DNA of 64,000 nucleotides, from the NCBI GenBank assembly GCA_964016885.1, contig OZ024742.1, positions 72,912,001-72,976,000 on the forward strand, written 5' to 3'. Position 1 is the stretch's first letter; each line of letters opens with the position of its first letter. The notes under the pieces were generated by a model, which was not told the DNA's origin, did no database searches, and was given only the letters and a program-made list of their open reading frames with translations. Position numbers and translations under genes: made by a program. Positions 50,703-64,000 of the stretch are shown here, piece by piece. The stretch is from Eledone cirrhosa (lineage: Eukaryota).

Positions 50703-51164
50703 AACACAATTATATTATAAAATTAATACAAATAACCATCAACTTTTAAAACCTAAAATTTTGATTCTTTACCCTAAAATAACATAAATTAAATATTTTG
50801 AAATTTAACCGCCAAAGCTATATATGTTTATGTGTGTCTAAAGAAAATTTGAGCATAAATTACTCCCCTTTGTCTCTACCTCTCTTTAAGTATCTGTCAG
50901 TTGTCTTCTCAAGCTAAATACTAAATAAATTATAACTCCAGATACGTCTTCCTCTATAGTTCTATAGTAGTATTTAAAATTTTAAAAACTCTATAACTGT
51001 TGCATTAAGGCAATGTTTTTCTTACTCACACTCTCTCTATTGATTCTATTACGTTTTCGCATGTTCTCAATATTAGGGTATAAATATTGAGTTTTCTCAT
51101 AAGTTAATCACTACCTTGATTAAATCTTAACCATCTAACATCTCGGTATGTCATGTATCATTTT

Positions 51165-51330
51165 ATTTTATCTGATGAGGATGTACTGTTGAACTTGATT
51201 CAGTACCTCTGTAATATGTATAATAAAATTTAATTGATCACAAGAATATTTATTTTGTTAATATTTGAATTAATATTAATAACTCTGGAAAATATTTACT
51301 GTAGAGTGCTTCCAATCTACTGTAAAACTC
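51165..51330 (+). mobile_element. PLE pLTR remnant with degenerate HHR (GAAA changed to GTAA)
   Basis: ATTTTAT-CTGATGA..GTACTG/CAGTAC..GTAA-TATGTA-TA-ATAAAAT; downstream ACTC/GAGTGCT. Confidence 0.65.
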
Positions 51331-51534
51331 ATTCTTTGATGTACTCATTGAATCTTGTTTAACTCTTTAATATATATATATAAGGTCCCACCCTTGCAAG
51401 CAGGGAAAAGCGGACGTAAAATGAAATGAATATATATATACATAGCGAGAGAAAGAGAGGGAGATGTACACACACACACACACACATACACACACATACA
51501 CACAGGGAAAAGCAGACGTAAAATGATGATGATG

Positions 51535-51565
<31 letters not shown>

Positions 51566-52259
51566 ACCCAGACACGTTCTGCACTAGGTTCCAATGTTCC
51601 ACCCTTCAACCATTGTTCACAGTTGTCAGTTGTCGTAGTAATAGATATTAAACTGCTCCACCCAGTCATGTGTGAGAGATGGGAAACATAGGTGGTATCT
51701 AGAATCTGATAGGAAGATAGCTATTGTTATTTTTCTGTTGTTCATTAGTCCCAGAACAGCTCTAATCATACAAATACATGACATCAAAAGCATTCTATCC
51801 ATGACTATCCCATCTATTTCCAGACCACATTAACCAATGTGTGTTTCCTTCGTTATACAGGTGGTTTGTGATTTTAGGAAGTGCTGTTGCAATTTTTAGT
51901 AGATCAAGTGATCACATTGAGGCTTCCCCATTGACTTACTATATATCTTGTATATCGACAATATATACACACGACAAGATCCCAGACCTCATTCGCTTAA
52001 CGAGGTGGAGCTTGTCAAATCGGACTGAGGAAACAATGTTTAGATTGGACCTTCTAATTGCTGATAATCTGTCGGTCGCAACTCTTGATAGAAGGAGCAA
52101 CATGAAATAGTGTCTGGCTCAAGGATATAACACATCGCCCAGTCTGGGAACTGAACTCACAACCTCACGATTGTGAATCCAATTCTCTAACTACTCAGCC
52201 ACGCACCTTCATGCATTATATATACACACACACACACACACATATATATGTGCATAACC

Positions 52260-52870
52260 ATTAGGGAAAGAGTCAAATTAAATGAGATGTTTGGTTTCAT
52301 ACCTGGGAATAGTACTACACATGCCCTCTTCTTAGTGAAGTAATTACAAAAGAAGTTCCTACCCAAGAATAAGCCACTATATTTAGCTTTTGTTGATCTA
52401 GAAAAGGCTTTTGCACCTTGATCTATTTGCTGGTTCTTAAGGAAATTAGGTGTAGAAGAATGGCTTTTGAGAGCAGTGCAAGCCATGCACAGAGGAGCTG
52501 TCAGTAGAGAGTAGGAAGTGATTTTAGTGAGGAATTCAAGGTACAAGTAGGAGTTCATCAAGGTTCAGTTCTTAGCCCACTGCTGTTCATCATAGTTCTC
52601 TAGGCCATAACAGAGGAGTTTAAAGCTGGCTATCCATGGGAAATTCTCTAGTCGAATCCATAAAATCCTTATAGTCGAATCCATAAAATAACTAGAAATA
52701 AGTTCCGGCTATGGAAATGGAATTTGGAAGCAAAAGGTCTAAGAGCAAACTTAGCCAAAATAAAAATGCTAATGAGTAGGAAAGAAGATAAGACCCTGAT
52801 CCCTTCAGGGAAGTGACCCTGCTCCATATGTAGAAAAGGAGTAGACATAAACTCTATAAGCTGTACACAA
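52260..52870 (+). mobile_element. RTE-clade RT fragment
   Basis: FGFIPG.ST; LYLAFVDLEKAF; VGVHQGSVLSPLLFIIV. Confidence 0.8.
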
Positions 52871-53334
52871 TTTAAATTTTTCTAAGGGGGAGAGAGAGAA
52901 AAACAATGTGCTGCATGCTGTGTGATGGCTTGACTGAGATGGGGAGACAGCATGGAGCAAAAAGAGCCCAACCCCTCTCCAGTTCTGAACACAACTGATT
53001 TTTTTCCAGAGAAGGAGAGAGAGTAAAAGTGAGGAAGAGAAATAAAGGCAGAATCCTCCTCAGCATTGGACTAGTGTCTTTTTTCATCGACATTGAGAGG
53101 ATGGAAGAGAAAGTTAACCTTGTCAAGGTCTGATTTCAGAGAGCTGGAACGAATATTGCAAAGCATTCTATCTGATGTTTTAATGGTTCAGCTAATTTGC
53201 TACTCTATTTATCAACCATGAATGGATGAAAGACAAGTTGACTTGGCAGATTTTAAACTCAGATCTCAGAGAGTTGGAACAAATTTTGCATGGTATTTAA
53301 TTCTAGGCTCCAAACAATTCTTCTAATTTGCCTC

Positions 53335-53935
53335 CTGGTAGTTAGGATAATGGCTAAGATGGTGATTAGGGTGATAGGATGGTGGAAAGGTTGTAAGATG
53401 GTGAGTAGGATGGTAGGTAGGATGCTAAGTAAAATGGGGGGGGGGGTAGGATGATGAGTGAGATAATGGGTATGATGGTGGGTAGAAAGTAGGTAGGATG
53501 GGGGTAAAATGGTGGGCAAGATGGTGGGTAGATGATGGGTAAAATAATGGGTAGGATGCTGGGTAAGAGGGTGAGTAGGTTGATGGGTAGAAAGATGGGT
53601 AAAATGGTGGGCAAGATGGTGGATATAATGGTGGGTAAGAATGTGGGTAAATAAGTGGGTAGATGGTGGGTAAAATGGTGGGTATGAATGATGGATAGGA
53701 TCATGGGTAATGTGGTGGGTAAGAATGGAGGGTGGGATGATGGGTAAATGGTGGGTAAGAATGGTGGGTAATAATGGTAGGTAGGGTGGTTGGTAAGAAT
53801 GGTGGGCAGGATGATGGGTAAATCGGTGGGTAATGGTGGGTGAGAATGGCGGGTAAGATGGTGGGTAGAATGATGGGTAAAACCGTGGGTGAGAATGGTG
53901 GGTAGAAAGGTAGGTAAGATGGTGGGTAGGAATCG
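53335..53935. repeat. G-rich minisatellite (~GATGGTGGGTAA)n
   Basis: About 12-bp degenerate units rich in GGG/GG. Confidence 0.85.
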
Positions 53936-55344
53936 CTGATAGATGGGTACTTCTTTTGCATATAACTAAAATATATAATCTATTCACATCAGAAACAAAT
54001 CGGTTCACGAACAATTTTCCCCGAACAAAAAACGTTTTTATTAAAACAGTATAATGACATGAGGGGAAATTTGGCTGGTATTTCTCGCAAGTCGAGAGAC
54101 TACGTAGGGGCATTCGGTGTATTTTTTCTGATTTAGGAATAAAGATCTTTCAGACCCACGTCTGTCGTACATCGTAAAATTCTATCCTATTTTTTTATCT
54201 GCAAACACATACACACACTCATAATGTGTGTTCAAAAGAGAAAGAGAAAGGGAGAGGGGGGAACTTTTTTCAAGGGAAGTAACTTTGTACGAGATGTTTA
54301 GCAGGCGGCCTTGCCGCATAGGTTGTCTTTCATTGTTGTAATCATAGCTACTTTTCTTGTTTTGTTTTTTTTCCTTTTGTTGCATCTCTCTCTCATCTCT
54401 ATAATCCTTCGAATCTAACTATCGCTCTTTCTCCTTTACATAACTGCCTCTTATTCGCTTTCAATCACCAAAGAAATCACAAATGCTACCCGTCATACGA
54501 TAAGTGTTCGCTTAGTATGTACGCTTGGTGACATTTTATTTCTCGTTACACTAGTTCACTGAGCCGGCAAAAAGTAGTTGCACCTGTAATTTAAAAGGGA
54601 CACCCTTGTCACACACAGTGTCATGATGAACCTTCATGAAAAGCTAAGTGTAGAGTACACGTGTTTGTGGAATACTCAGCCACTTACACGTTAATTTCAC
54701 GAGCAGACTGTTCTGTTGTTCGAACAACTGGAACACGCGTTGTAACCGACGAAGTTCTAACACATGTATAAGGGAGGTAACTCTTTTTTACTTGTTTATC
54801 AGACAATACAATGTAAAATAAATATGCCACGTTTACTTTAAATATTATCAATATTAGTACTATGTCAGAAAGATGATTTACAAAAGGAACAAATCAATGG
54901 AAAGTAAGAAAAGAGAAAGAAAAAAAAACGAAAATGATAGAGTAAAAAGGCTGTAGAACATGTCCACACAATTATACGCTGCAGCCGGAGACACTGGAGA
55001 TTCATCTCTACTCATTTTCGAGGCAATCCAAGACATTCGTGACATTGTCGCGGGCTATAGCAACGCCAAGGCGCTGGAATAGCCGAGCACCCTCGCGAGC
55101 ATATCTCGGTAAGATGGGTCACCAACAATGTTCAAGACCTAGTTGTCAGTGACTCAGCTTCCCTCGAATGTCACAACGCAAAAGAAAGAAAAAAAATAGT
55201 CCAAGGTTACTTATTCCTGATCTTTCAAGGACTTTTACCTTTCAAGGACTTTTACCTTCGTCAAGGTATTCAAGATGTGAGAAGGAGCGAAAGTGTGGCG
55301 TCTCACATGAAGCATCTGCTTTTATCTAAGCCATACGGCACTAT

Positions 55345-55772
55345 CTATCTATCTATCTGGTTCTTTTTTTCAAATACCACTTTGGAAGAAGAATCAGGAT
55401 GGAGAGAGAGGTGCTGTACAAGTGCTGTGCAAGTGTGCAAGTGTTATGAAAGGTGGGTGAAAGTGGCGAGAATGGCCCGAGTGAATGGGCCTTCTCTCTA
55501 TATCAGCCTGTAGGTTGAGGAAAAGGAGGAGGAGGAGGAGAGTAAAGGAGTACAAACTCTTCGTACTCCTGGAGTTGAGGGTTGCACATTTTTTCGGGGG
55601 TCTGTGTTACCCACATGAACTGTCTCCCCCTATTGGGGAAAATCGACTAACTTTTTAAATTGCATTTGTGATAACATTTTACACGTTTTTATTGTATGTA
55701 AACTACCCTCTTTGTATTTGTCCCCTTCTTTTGTGCCCCTGTGGCTAATAAAGAAACATATCTATCTATCTG
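55345..55772 (+). mobile_element. Possible L1/Tx1-like LINE 3' end
   Basis: FFKYH..RRIRMEREVL..ERWVKVARM-like remnant, then AATAAA and a (TATC)n tail. Confidence 0.4.
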
Positions 55773-55815
55773 AATCATCACGTCTACTGGATATTGATTA
55801 GAATACAGTTTAGAT

Positions 55816-57600
55816 CAGTGGCGGCTCGTGTATAAGCACTGCAGAATTACAGTGCCCCCTATTTTTACTCGATATTATCGATGACATTCAATATAATGAG
55901 TCGTTTTTTTTTCTTTAATTCTTTCTTTATACTTGTACATTATATAATCCTTAAGCTTAATGTCACTAGTCTTACCTTCGTTCGTGAAAAATTACAAACA
56001 TCTTTGTATGGAACTGTGTGCTTCACAGTTCCAGCGAAGAGGTGTTTGGCTGCTGTGCGCATGCGCACATGTCCGAGGAAAGAAGCTGAACGATGGTGAG
56101 AGAGAGCACTGTCGCTCACGCAGTGCCAACCATATTGTCCGATTGTAAGGTAGTGTTTATTTTTGACTCAACATGGTTGTGCTTAAAAACCGTGTCCTAT
56201 ATTCTTGAATGTCATAAACTGTAGATAATTATCATGTTTCCAGCTATACTATTTAATTAATATTTTTTTTTCGGTTGTTTTATTGTATAGAAAATTTAAA
56301 TAACTTAACCATGACCTCCTTGCATCCCCAAGAAATAAGTTCTGTAATAGTAAGTGAATTTTAACAGCTTAAGATTTCACAGTTGTCTCTCCATGAGAAA
56401 GTTACAGTTAAGAAAAGAGGCCGTTCAACACCTGATATTCAAATATCTCATCCAGGAATAAGCAGCAACAAGAGGTATATTCGTAGCTTTAATTCTGAAT
56501 GGTACCAACGTAAAAGTGGGCTCTGTGGCTGTGAATTGAAAAATACTTTGTTCTGCTCCCTGTGTTTGTTGTTTGGTGGTGATGTAACGTGGGCAAAAGA
56601 CGATTTTAGAAGAAATGAAAGAAAAGACTGAAAAACAGGAGAAGTCAAAGAAACATGTTGAAAATGTGTTTTCACTGTCACTTTTAGGAAACGTAAATAT
56701 TAAGGAAAATATTAGTGAGGCATACAGACTTTCAGTCAATGAGCATAAAATGAAAGTTAAAAAGAACTGAAATGTTATGCAGCAAGTATTACACTGGACG
56801 CAAGAATATTTTTCTCTAATATTTTGGCTATTCCAACATTCTTCTCAAGATCACAACAACGTGTATCCGTTCTCAAGAAGCATATGAACGTCAGAGTTCC
56901 ACGTCCATCCTCTACAAAGTGGAACTCGAACAGATTTCATTAAAATTTGCAGCCTTAAAAAGCTGCCTTTTTGAAATTCAGTCAACATCAAATGCAGATC
57001 AAACCATTGCAGAAGCAACAGAGTTTTAAAATACTTTAATGATGATATTTTCATATTTTGATTAGAGCTTTTTCACCAGTTTATGCCTCATGTTAAAGTA
57101 ATTTACAACCAAATGCAATCTCGAGGAATTAGTGTGTTTCAAAACTGCTATTTTAGAGATAAGAAACTCGAAGTACTGTGAGAATCCTTTAAAGACACTT
57201 ATGGCAGAAACAAAGGAATTGTGTGACTGCTTATGCGTTGATATAAGGGATAGATATTCTTTTACAAAACACTTAGTAGCTGCTAATTTGTTCAACAAGA
57301 AAAGCTTCACTATTTTAAGAATGAACTGCCTACAGAAAAGATAATACTGACCACTGATTGACAAAGAAAAGCTTGAAACTGAACTAAAAGTATTCTATTG
57401 CCGATCCGATATGCATGAATATTGCAAATTAATTGAGGTGCAGAAATTTATCTTGGAAAATAATCTAGATGGTATTCTTAATGAAATTACGAAACTGATA
57501 AAAATCCTCTTGATATTTCCCAGGGTTCAAGGAGAAAATTATTAAACTTTTCGCCTAAAGTAAAACAAGAAGAATGGATTTCATTTTTAAATGAATGGAT
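55816..57600 (+). mobile_element. hAT DNA transposon remnant (ZMYM1-like/TTF zinc-finger transposase)
   Basis: Left end CAGTGGCGGCTCGTG; RSFNSEWY..LCGC....LFCSLCLLFGG motif; C-terminal RRMDFIFK*; many stops; right TIR not found. Confidence 0.75.
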
Positions 57601-57779
57601 CAAGCTTGAAATGTAACAATCTAGGAATAGGCTATGTAGCCGATCACGGCAAAATAGACAAACATACTTTTAAAGCTTATTTTACTGGTAAACTCTAAAG
57701 GGACGCAACTCTAGCCGGAGTATCGGAAGCTTCTTTTACCGCGAAATAATAAATTGTGTTTTAGAACCCAGGTAGTGAC

Positions 57780-58450
57780 TACTATCTTCAACCCAGGTCG
57801 TGACTTTCTATTAAAATCCTTAATTCTAAAGAATTTAAAAAGAAGAGGTAATTCAAGAAAGAAAAAAGAAATCATTATAAGTGTTTATACAACCGAAAAC
57901 ATTCTTTAAAAATCAATTAAACGGGAGTTCATTCAGGCGAGAAAAATTCTAAGAAATTTACTTAAAGAAGAGATAATTAGGCGAGTAAATATTAATACGC
58001 GATACTTGAGGAGAGAAAATTCTGAATATAATTCCAGAAAGGGCAGATTATTAGGGGTGAAATTTGTAAAAATATTATTAGATTGGAGATAATTCAGGCG
58101 TGAGTATTCTAAACATTTAATTAACTGTGGAATAATTCAACCTAGAAAAGACTTTAAAAAATGATTCCGACAAGTAATTACTAAAAAGAAAATTAATTAA
58201 AGAGAAGATAATTCAAAGGAGAATTTTAAAAAAAAAAATTAATTCAAGGGGAGACAATTCAAGCATGAAAATTCTAAAAAATTTATCAAAGGTGAGTTAA
58301 CTCGGGAGAGATAATTTAGGTGAGGATTAAAATAAACAAGAATAATTCAGGAAAAAAAATTCTGGTGAGGCGGCAATTTTAAAAATATTAATTAAAAGGG
58401 AAATAATTTAAGGAATTTTTTTTCGAAAAATTATAATCATAAGGGGAATT
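57780..58450. repeat. A-rich degenerate tandem repeat (taattcaag-like)
   Basis: Recurrent gagataattca/aaattctaa motifs. Confidence 0.45.
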
Positions 58451-59454
58451 AAATGCAGCCCAAAAAAATTTGGTTCCTATTACCATCAAGGTGACTTGAC
58501 GCTTATTGTCTACAGCAGCGAAAGTTGCTGTTTCTATTAACATATCTCTGATAGTGCAATAGACATGTGACGGTTTTGTAGAGGCTAGGGATCTAAAGAT
58601 TGCAGCTTACTGCAGTAACAAGCCCCAGTGCCTATTGGATATTTGGGTGGTCTTTCATTTTGTGTCGTGGAAAATTTCTTCTTGCTGTTGAACCTCAGAT
58701 CAGTCCTGGTTAAGTAACTTTTTGTTGAAGGATATTCCAACCATGCTTATCTTGTCCTTTTTTTTTTTTAAACACAGCCTCAGGTATAACCAGGACTATA
58801 ATACTTAATAGGTGTTTGTGATGTGAAAGAGACTTGGCATCTATTTCTAGCAGATCGAATGACCATGTATGATACTTTGTTCATTACACTAAATGTTGTG
58901 ATTGGACTGGATGGGACAGATGTTTTATGTTTTGAGAGCCATGGCGAAGAAAAAATGAAAGCATGATCATATAGATTGAGCTTTCAATTACTGTAATGTT
59001 TTTCATTATAAACATTTAACGTAGAACATAATAACTTTTTTTCATTGAACCACCACTATCATCAAGAGAGCAGGTGTTTCTTAAGGCCATAACATCGTTT
59101 AATTGTGTTGATAAAAACAATTTTATTGCTAGACATTAGTGATCTCAGAAATTGAATTGAATGATTCGAACAAATTAAAACAAAGAAAACAACAAAAAAC
59201 TAAAGTATTAATATCAAGTAAGCAGTATGACGAAATAACATTCCCAAATAACAGCCATGATTGGTGTTATTTAAAGTTATTCAAGATAGACCATATAAGA
59301 TGTTAAATTGTAGAAAGATGACGTTATAGTGATAAATACTAAAGAATAAATTTGGAACAAGATGTCATGAAAAGGTAGTGAACATCAAAGGGACAGCAAA
59401 AATATCAACAAAATATATGCTCAGAAAATATAATGATAAAATGGGAGTTAATGA

Positions 59455-62400
59455 GAGGTCCATGTAATATTGTGGCAGTATATGACACAGTGTTAGTTGT
59501 CTGTTGGTCAATGTAATACTGTGACAGTGTATGACACTGTTAGTTGTCTGTCTGTTGGTCAATGTAATACTGTGACAGTGTATGACACAGTGTTAGTTGT
59601 CTGTCTGTTGGTCCATGTAATATTGTGGCAGTATATGATACAGTGTTAGTTGTCTGTTGGTCAATGTAACACTGTGACAGTGTATGACACAGTGTTAGTT
59701 GTCTGTCTGTTGGTCCATGTAATATTGTGGCAGTATATGACACAGTGTTAATTCACTGTTGGTCAATGTAATACTGTGACAGTGTATGACACATTGTTAG
59801 TTGTCTGTTGGTCCATGTAACATTGTGGCAGTGTATGACACAGTGTTAGTTGTCTGTTAGTCCATGTAATACTGTGACAGTGTGACACAGTGTTAATTGT
59901 CTGTTGGTCCATGTAATATTATGACAGTGTATGACACAGTGTTAATTCACTGTTAGTCCATGTAATATTGTGACAGTATTAGTTGTGTGTTGCTCCATGT
60001 AATACGGTGACAGTGTATGGCACAGTGTTAGTTGATGTTAATCAATGTAATACTGTGACAGTGTATGATACAGTGTTGGTTCAGTGTTAGACCATGTAAT
60101 ACTGTGACAGTGTAAGTTGTCTGTTGGCCCATGTAATATTATGGCAGTGTATGGCACAGTGTTAGTTGTCTGTTGGTCCATGTAATACTGTGACAGTGTA
60201 TGATACAGTGTTAGTTGTCTGTTGGTCCATGTAATACTGTGACAGTGTATGACACAGTGTTAGTTGTCTGTCTGTTGGTCCATGTAATATTATGGCAGTG
60301 TATGGCACAGTGTTAGTTGTCTGTTGTTCCATGTAATACTGTGACAGTGTATGACACAATGTTAGTTGTCTGTTGGTCAATGTCACACTGTGACAGTGTA
60401 TGACACAGTGTTAGTTGTTTGTTGGTCCATGTAATACTGTGACAGTGTATGACACAGTGTTAGTTGTCTGTTGGCCAATGTAACACTGTGACAGTGTATG
60501 ACACAGTGTTAGTTGTCTGTCTGTTGGTCCATGTAATATTATGGCAGTATATGACACAGTGTTAGTTGTCTGTTGGTCCATGTAATACTGTGACAGTGTA
60601 TGACAGTGTTAATTCACTGTTAGTCCATGTAATACTGTGACAGTGTATGATACAGTGTTAGTTGTCTGTTGGTCCGTGTAATACTGTGACAGTGTATGAC
60701 ACAGTGTTAGTTGTCTGTTGGTCAATGTCACACTGTGACAGTGTATGACACAGTGTTAGTTGTCTGTTGGTCCATGTAATACTGTGACAGTGTATGACAC
60801 AGTGTTAGTTCATTGTTAGTCCATGTAATACTGTGACAGTGTATGATACAGTGTTAGTTGTCTGTTAGTTCATGTAATACTGTGACAATGTATGACACAG
60901 TATTAGTTCACTGTTAGTCCATGTAATACTGTGACAGTGTATGACACAGTGTTAGTTGTCTGTTGGTCAATGTCACACTGTGACAGTGTATGACACAGTG
61001 TTAGTTGTCTGTTGGTCCATGTAATACTGTGACAATGTATGACACAGTGTTAGTTCACTGTTAGTCCATGTAATACTGTGACAGTGTATGACACAGTGTT
61101 AGTTGTCTGTTGGTCAATGTCACACTCTGACAGTGTATGACACAGTGTTAGTTGTCTGTTGGTCCATGTAATACTGTGACAGTGTATGACACAGTGTTAG
61201 TTGTCTGTTGGTCAATGTCACACTGTGACAGTGTATGACACAGTGTTAGTTGTCTGTTGGTCCATGTAATACTGTGACAGTGTATGACACAGTGTTAGTT
61301 GTCTGTTGGTCCATGTAATACTGTGACAGTGTATGATACAGTGTTAGTTGTCTGTTGGTCAATGTAATACTGTGACAGTGTATGACACAGTGTTAGTTGT
61401 CTGTTGGTCAATGTCACACTGTGACAGTGTATGACACAGTGTTAGTTGTCTGTTGGTCCATGTAATACTGTGACAGTGTATGATACAGTGTTAGTTGTCT
61501 GTTAGTCCATGTAACACTGGGACAGTGTATAACACAGTCTTAGTTGTCTGTTGGTCCATGTAATATTGTGGAAGTGTATGACACAGTGTTAGTTGTCTGT
61601 TGGTCCATGTAATACTGTGACAGTGTATGACACAGTGTTAATTATCTGTTGGTCCATGTAATATTATGACAGTGCATGACACAGTGTTAGTTGTCTGTCT
61701 GTCAATGTAATACTGTGACAGTGTATGACACATTGTTAGTTGTCTGTTGGTCCATGTAACATTGTGGCAGTGTATGACACAGTGTTAGTTGTCTGTTAGT
61801 CCATGTAATACTGTGACAGGGTGTGACACAGTGTTAATTGTCTGTTGGTCCATGTAATATTATGACAGTGTATGACACAGTGTTAATTCACTGTTAATCC
61901 ATGTAATATTGTGACAGTATTAGTTGTCTGTTGCTCCATGTAATTCTGTGACAGTGTATGGTACAGTGTTAGTTGATGTTAATCAATGTAATACTGTGAC
62001 AGTGTATGATATAGTGTTGGTTCACTGTTAGACCATGTAATACTGTGACAGTGTAAGTTGTCTGTTGGCCCATGTAATTTTATGGCAGTGTATGGCGCAG
62101 TGTTAGTTGTCTGTTGGTCCATGTAATATTGTGACAGTGTATGACACAGTGTTAGTTGTCTGTTGGTCAATGTAACACTGTGACAGTGTATGACACAGTG
62201 TTAGTTGTCTGTTGGTCAATGTAACACTGTGACAGTGTATGACACAGTGTTAGTTGTCTGTTGGTCCATGACACAGTGTTAGTTGTCTGTTGGTCCATGT
62301 AATACTGTGACAGTGTATGACAGTGTTAATTCACTGTTAGTCCCTGTAATACTGTGACAGTGTATGATACAGTGTTAATTGTCTGTTCGTCCATGTAATA

Positions 62401-63880
62401 CTGCGACAGTGTATGACACAGTGTTAGTTCACTGTTAGTCCATGTAATACTGTGACAGTATATGGTACAGTGTTAGTTGTCTGTTGGTCAATGTAATACT
62501 GTGACAGTGTATGTTAGTTGTCTGTTAGTTCATGTAATACTGTGACAATGTATGACACAGTATTAGTTCACTGTTAGTCCATGTAATACTGTGACAGTGT
62601 ATGATACAGTGTTAGTTGTCTGTTAGTCCATGTAACACTGGGACAGTGTATAACACAGTGTTAGTTGTCTGTTGGTCCATATAATATTGTGGCAGTGTAT
62701 GACACAGTGTTAGTTGTCTGTTGGTCCATGTAATACTGTGACAGTGTATGACACAGTGTTAATTGTCTGTTGGTCCATGTAATATTATGACAGTGTATGA
62801 CACAGTGTTAGTTGTCTGTCGGTCCATGTAATACTGTGATAGTGTATGACACAGTGTTAGTTGTCTGTTGGTCAATGTAATACTGTGACAGTGTATGACA
62901 CAGTGTTAGTTGTCTGTTAGTCCATGTAATACTGTGACAGTATATGATACAGTGTTAATTATCTATTGGTCCATGTAATATTATGACAGTGTATGACACA
63001 GTGTTAGTTGTCTGTCGGTCCATGTAATACTGTGATAGTGTATGACACAGTGTTAATTGTCTGTTGCTCAATGTAATACTGTGACAGTGTATGACACAGT
63101 GTTAGTTGTCTGTTGGTCCATGTAATACATTGACAGTGTATGGCACATTGTTAATTGTCTGTTGGTCCATGTAATACTGGGACAGTGTATGACACAGTGT
63201 TACTTCACTGTTAGTCCATGTAATACTGTGACAGTGTATGCCAGTATATGACACAGTGTTAGTTCACTGTTGGACCATGTAATACTGTGACAGTGTATGG
63301 CACAGTGTTAGTTGTCTGTTGGACCATGTAATACTGTGACAGTGTATGATACAGTGTTAGATGTCTGTTGGTCAATGTAATACTGTGACAGTGTATGACA
63401 CAGTGTTAGTTGTCTGTTGGTCAATGTAATACTGTGAGAGTGTATGTCACAGTGTTACTTCACTGTTAGTCCATGTAATACTGTGACAGTGTATGACAGT
63501 GTATGACACAGTGTTAGTTCACTGTTGGACCATGTAATACTTTGACAGTGTATGACACAGTGTTAGTTGTCTGTTGGACCATGTAATACTGTGACAGTTT
63601 ATGACACAGTGTTAATTGTCTGTTAGTCCATGTAATATTGTGACAGTGTATGACACAGTGTTAGTTGTCTGTTGGTCAATGTAATACTGTGACAGTGTAT
63701 GACACAGTGTTACTTCACTGTTAGTCCATGTAATACTGTGACAGTGTATGACACAGTGTTAATTGTCTGTTGGTCAATGTAACACTGTGACAGTGTATGG
63801 CAGAGTGTTAATTGTCTGTTAGTCCATGTAATACTGTGACAGTGTATGACAGTGTATGACACAGTGTTAGTTCACTGTTA
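59455..63880. repeat. 49-bp satellite array (~90 units)
   Basis: Unit gtgtatgacacagtgttagttgtctgttggtccatgtaatactgtgaca; period 49 verified at 61141 and 61190. Confidence 0.97.
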
Positions 63881-64000
63881 ACTCATTCATTTTGGAAATT
63901 GTAAACATTTACAGTTGAAAATTTCACACATGGTCAAATATTCATTTTTAACTAATGTGAAAGGATTTCCAGTTTTTTCTCTTTTTATTGTTGTTTTCAG

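Noticed and set aside
53259-54113. 284-aa His/Pro-rich ORF
   Set aside because: It is a translation of the G-rich minisatellite with no domain signal.
59455-63880. CRISPR-like array, or RAG/Transib heptamer CACAGTG in each unit
   Set aside because: The units are contiguous with no unique spacers, there are no cas genes and the context is eukaryotic. No nonamer lies at 12/23 spacing, so the heptamer is likely coincidental.
63972-64000. 3' splice acceptor at the window end (pyrimidine tract + CAG)
   Set aside because: No downstream exon is visible in the window, so it cannot be supported.

Overview
AT-rich, microsatellite-dense eukaryotic DNA. It is probably from an octopus or other cephalopod, inferred from the SINE families, a single-exon C2H2 zinc-finger gene and the repeat content. 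Almost the whole window is transposon-derived: a near full-length CR1-clade LINE, a full Ty3/Gypsy LTR element, a frameshifted C2H2 ZNF gene, foldback/MITE, Helitron, mariner and hAT remnants, RTE and CR1 fragments, two SINE families and a 49-bp satellite. The Gypsy element has a 5-bp TSD, a -1 frameshift signal with a pseudoknot and no tRNA PBS. The dominant theme is a cluster of Penelope-like elements (PLEs), mostly next to (TA)n, carrying about 14 minimal hammerhead ribozyme (HHR) motifs from several families. Three observations stand out. (i) A non-coding 466-bp tandem unit carries canonical dimer-type HHRs (retrozyme-like). (ii) A bulged hairpin lies downstream of the HHR in five divergent PLE families, with a compensatory base change. 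(iii) A 356-bp tandem mini-PLE carries a variant CAGAAGA core. All calls were made by eye and coordinates of degenerate repeats are approximate.
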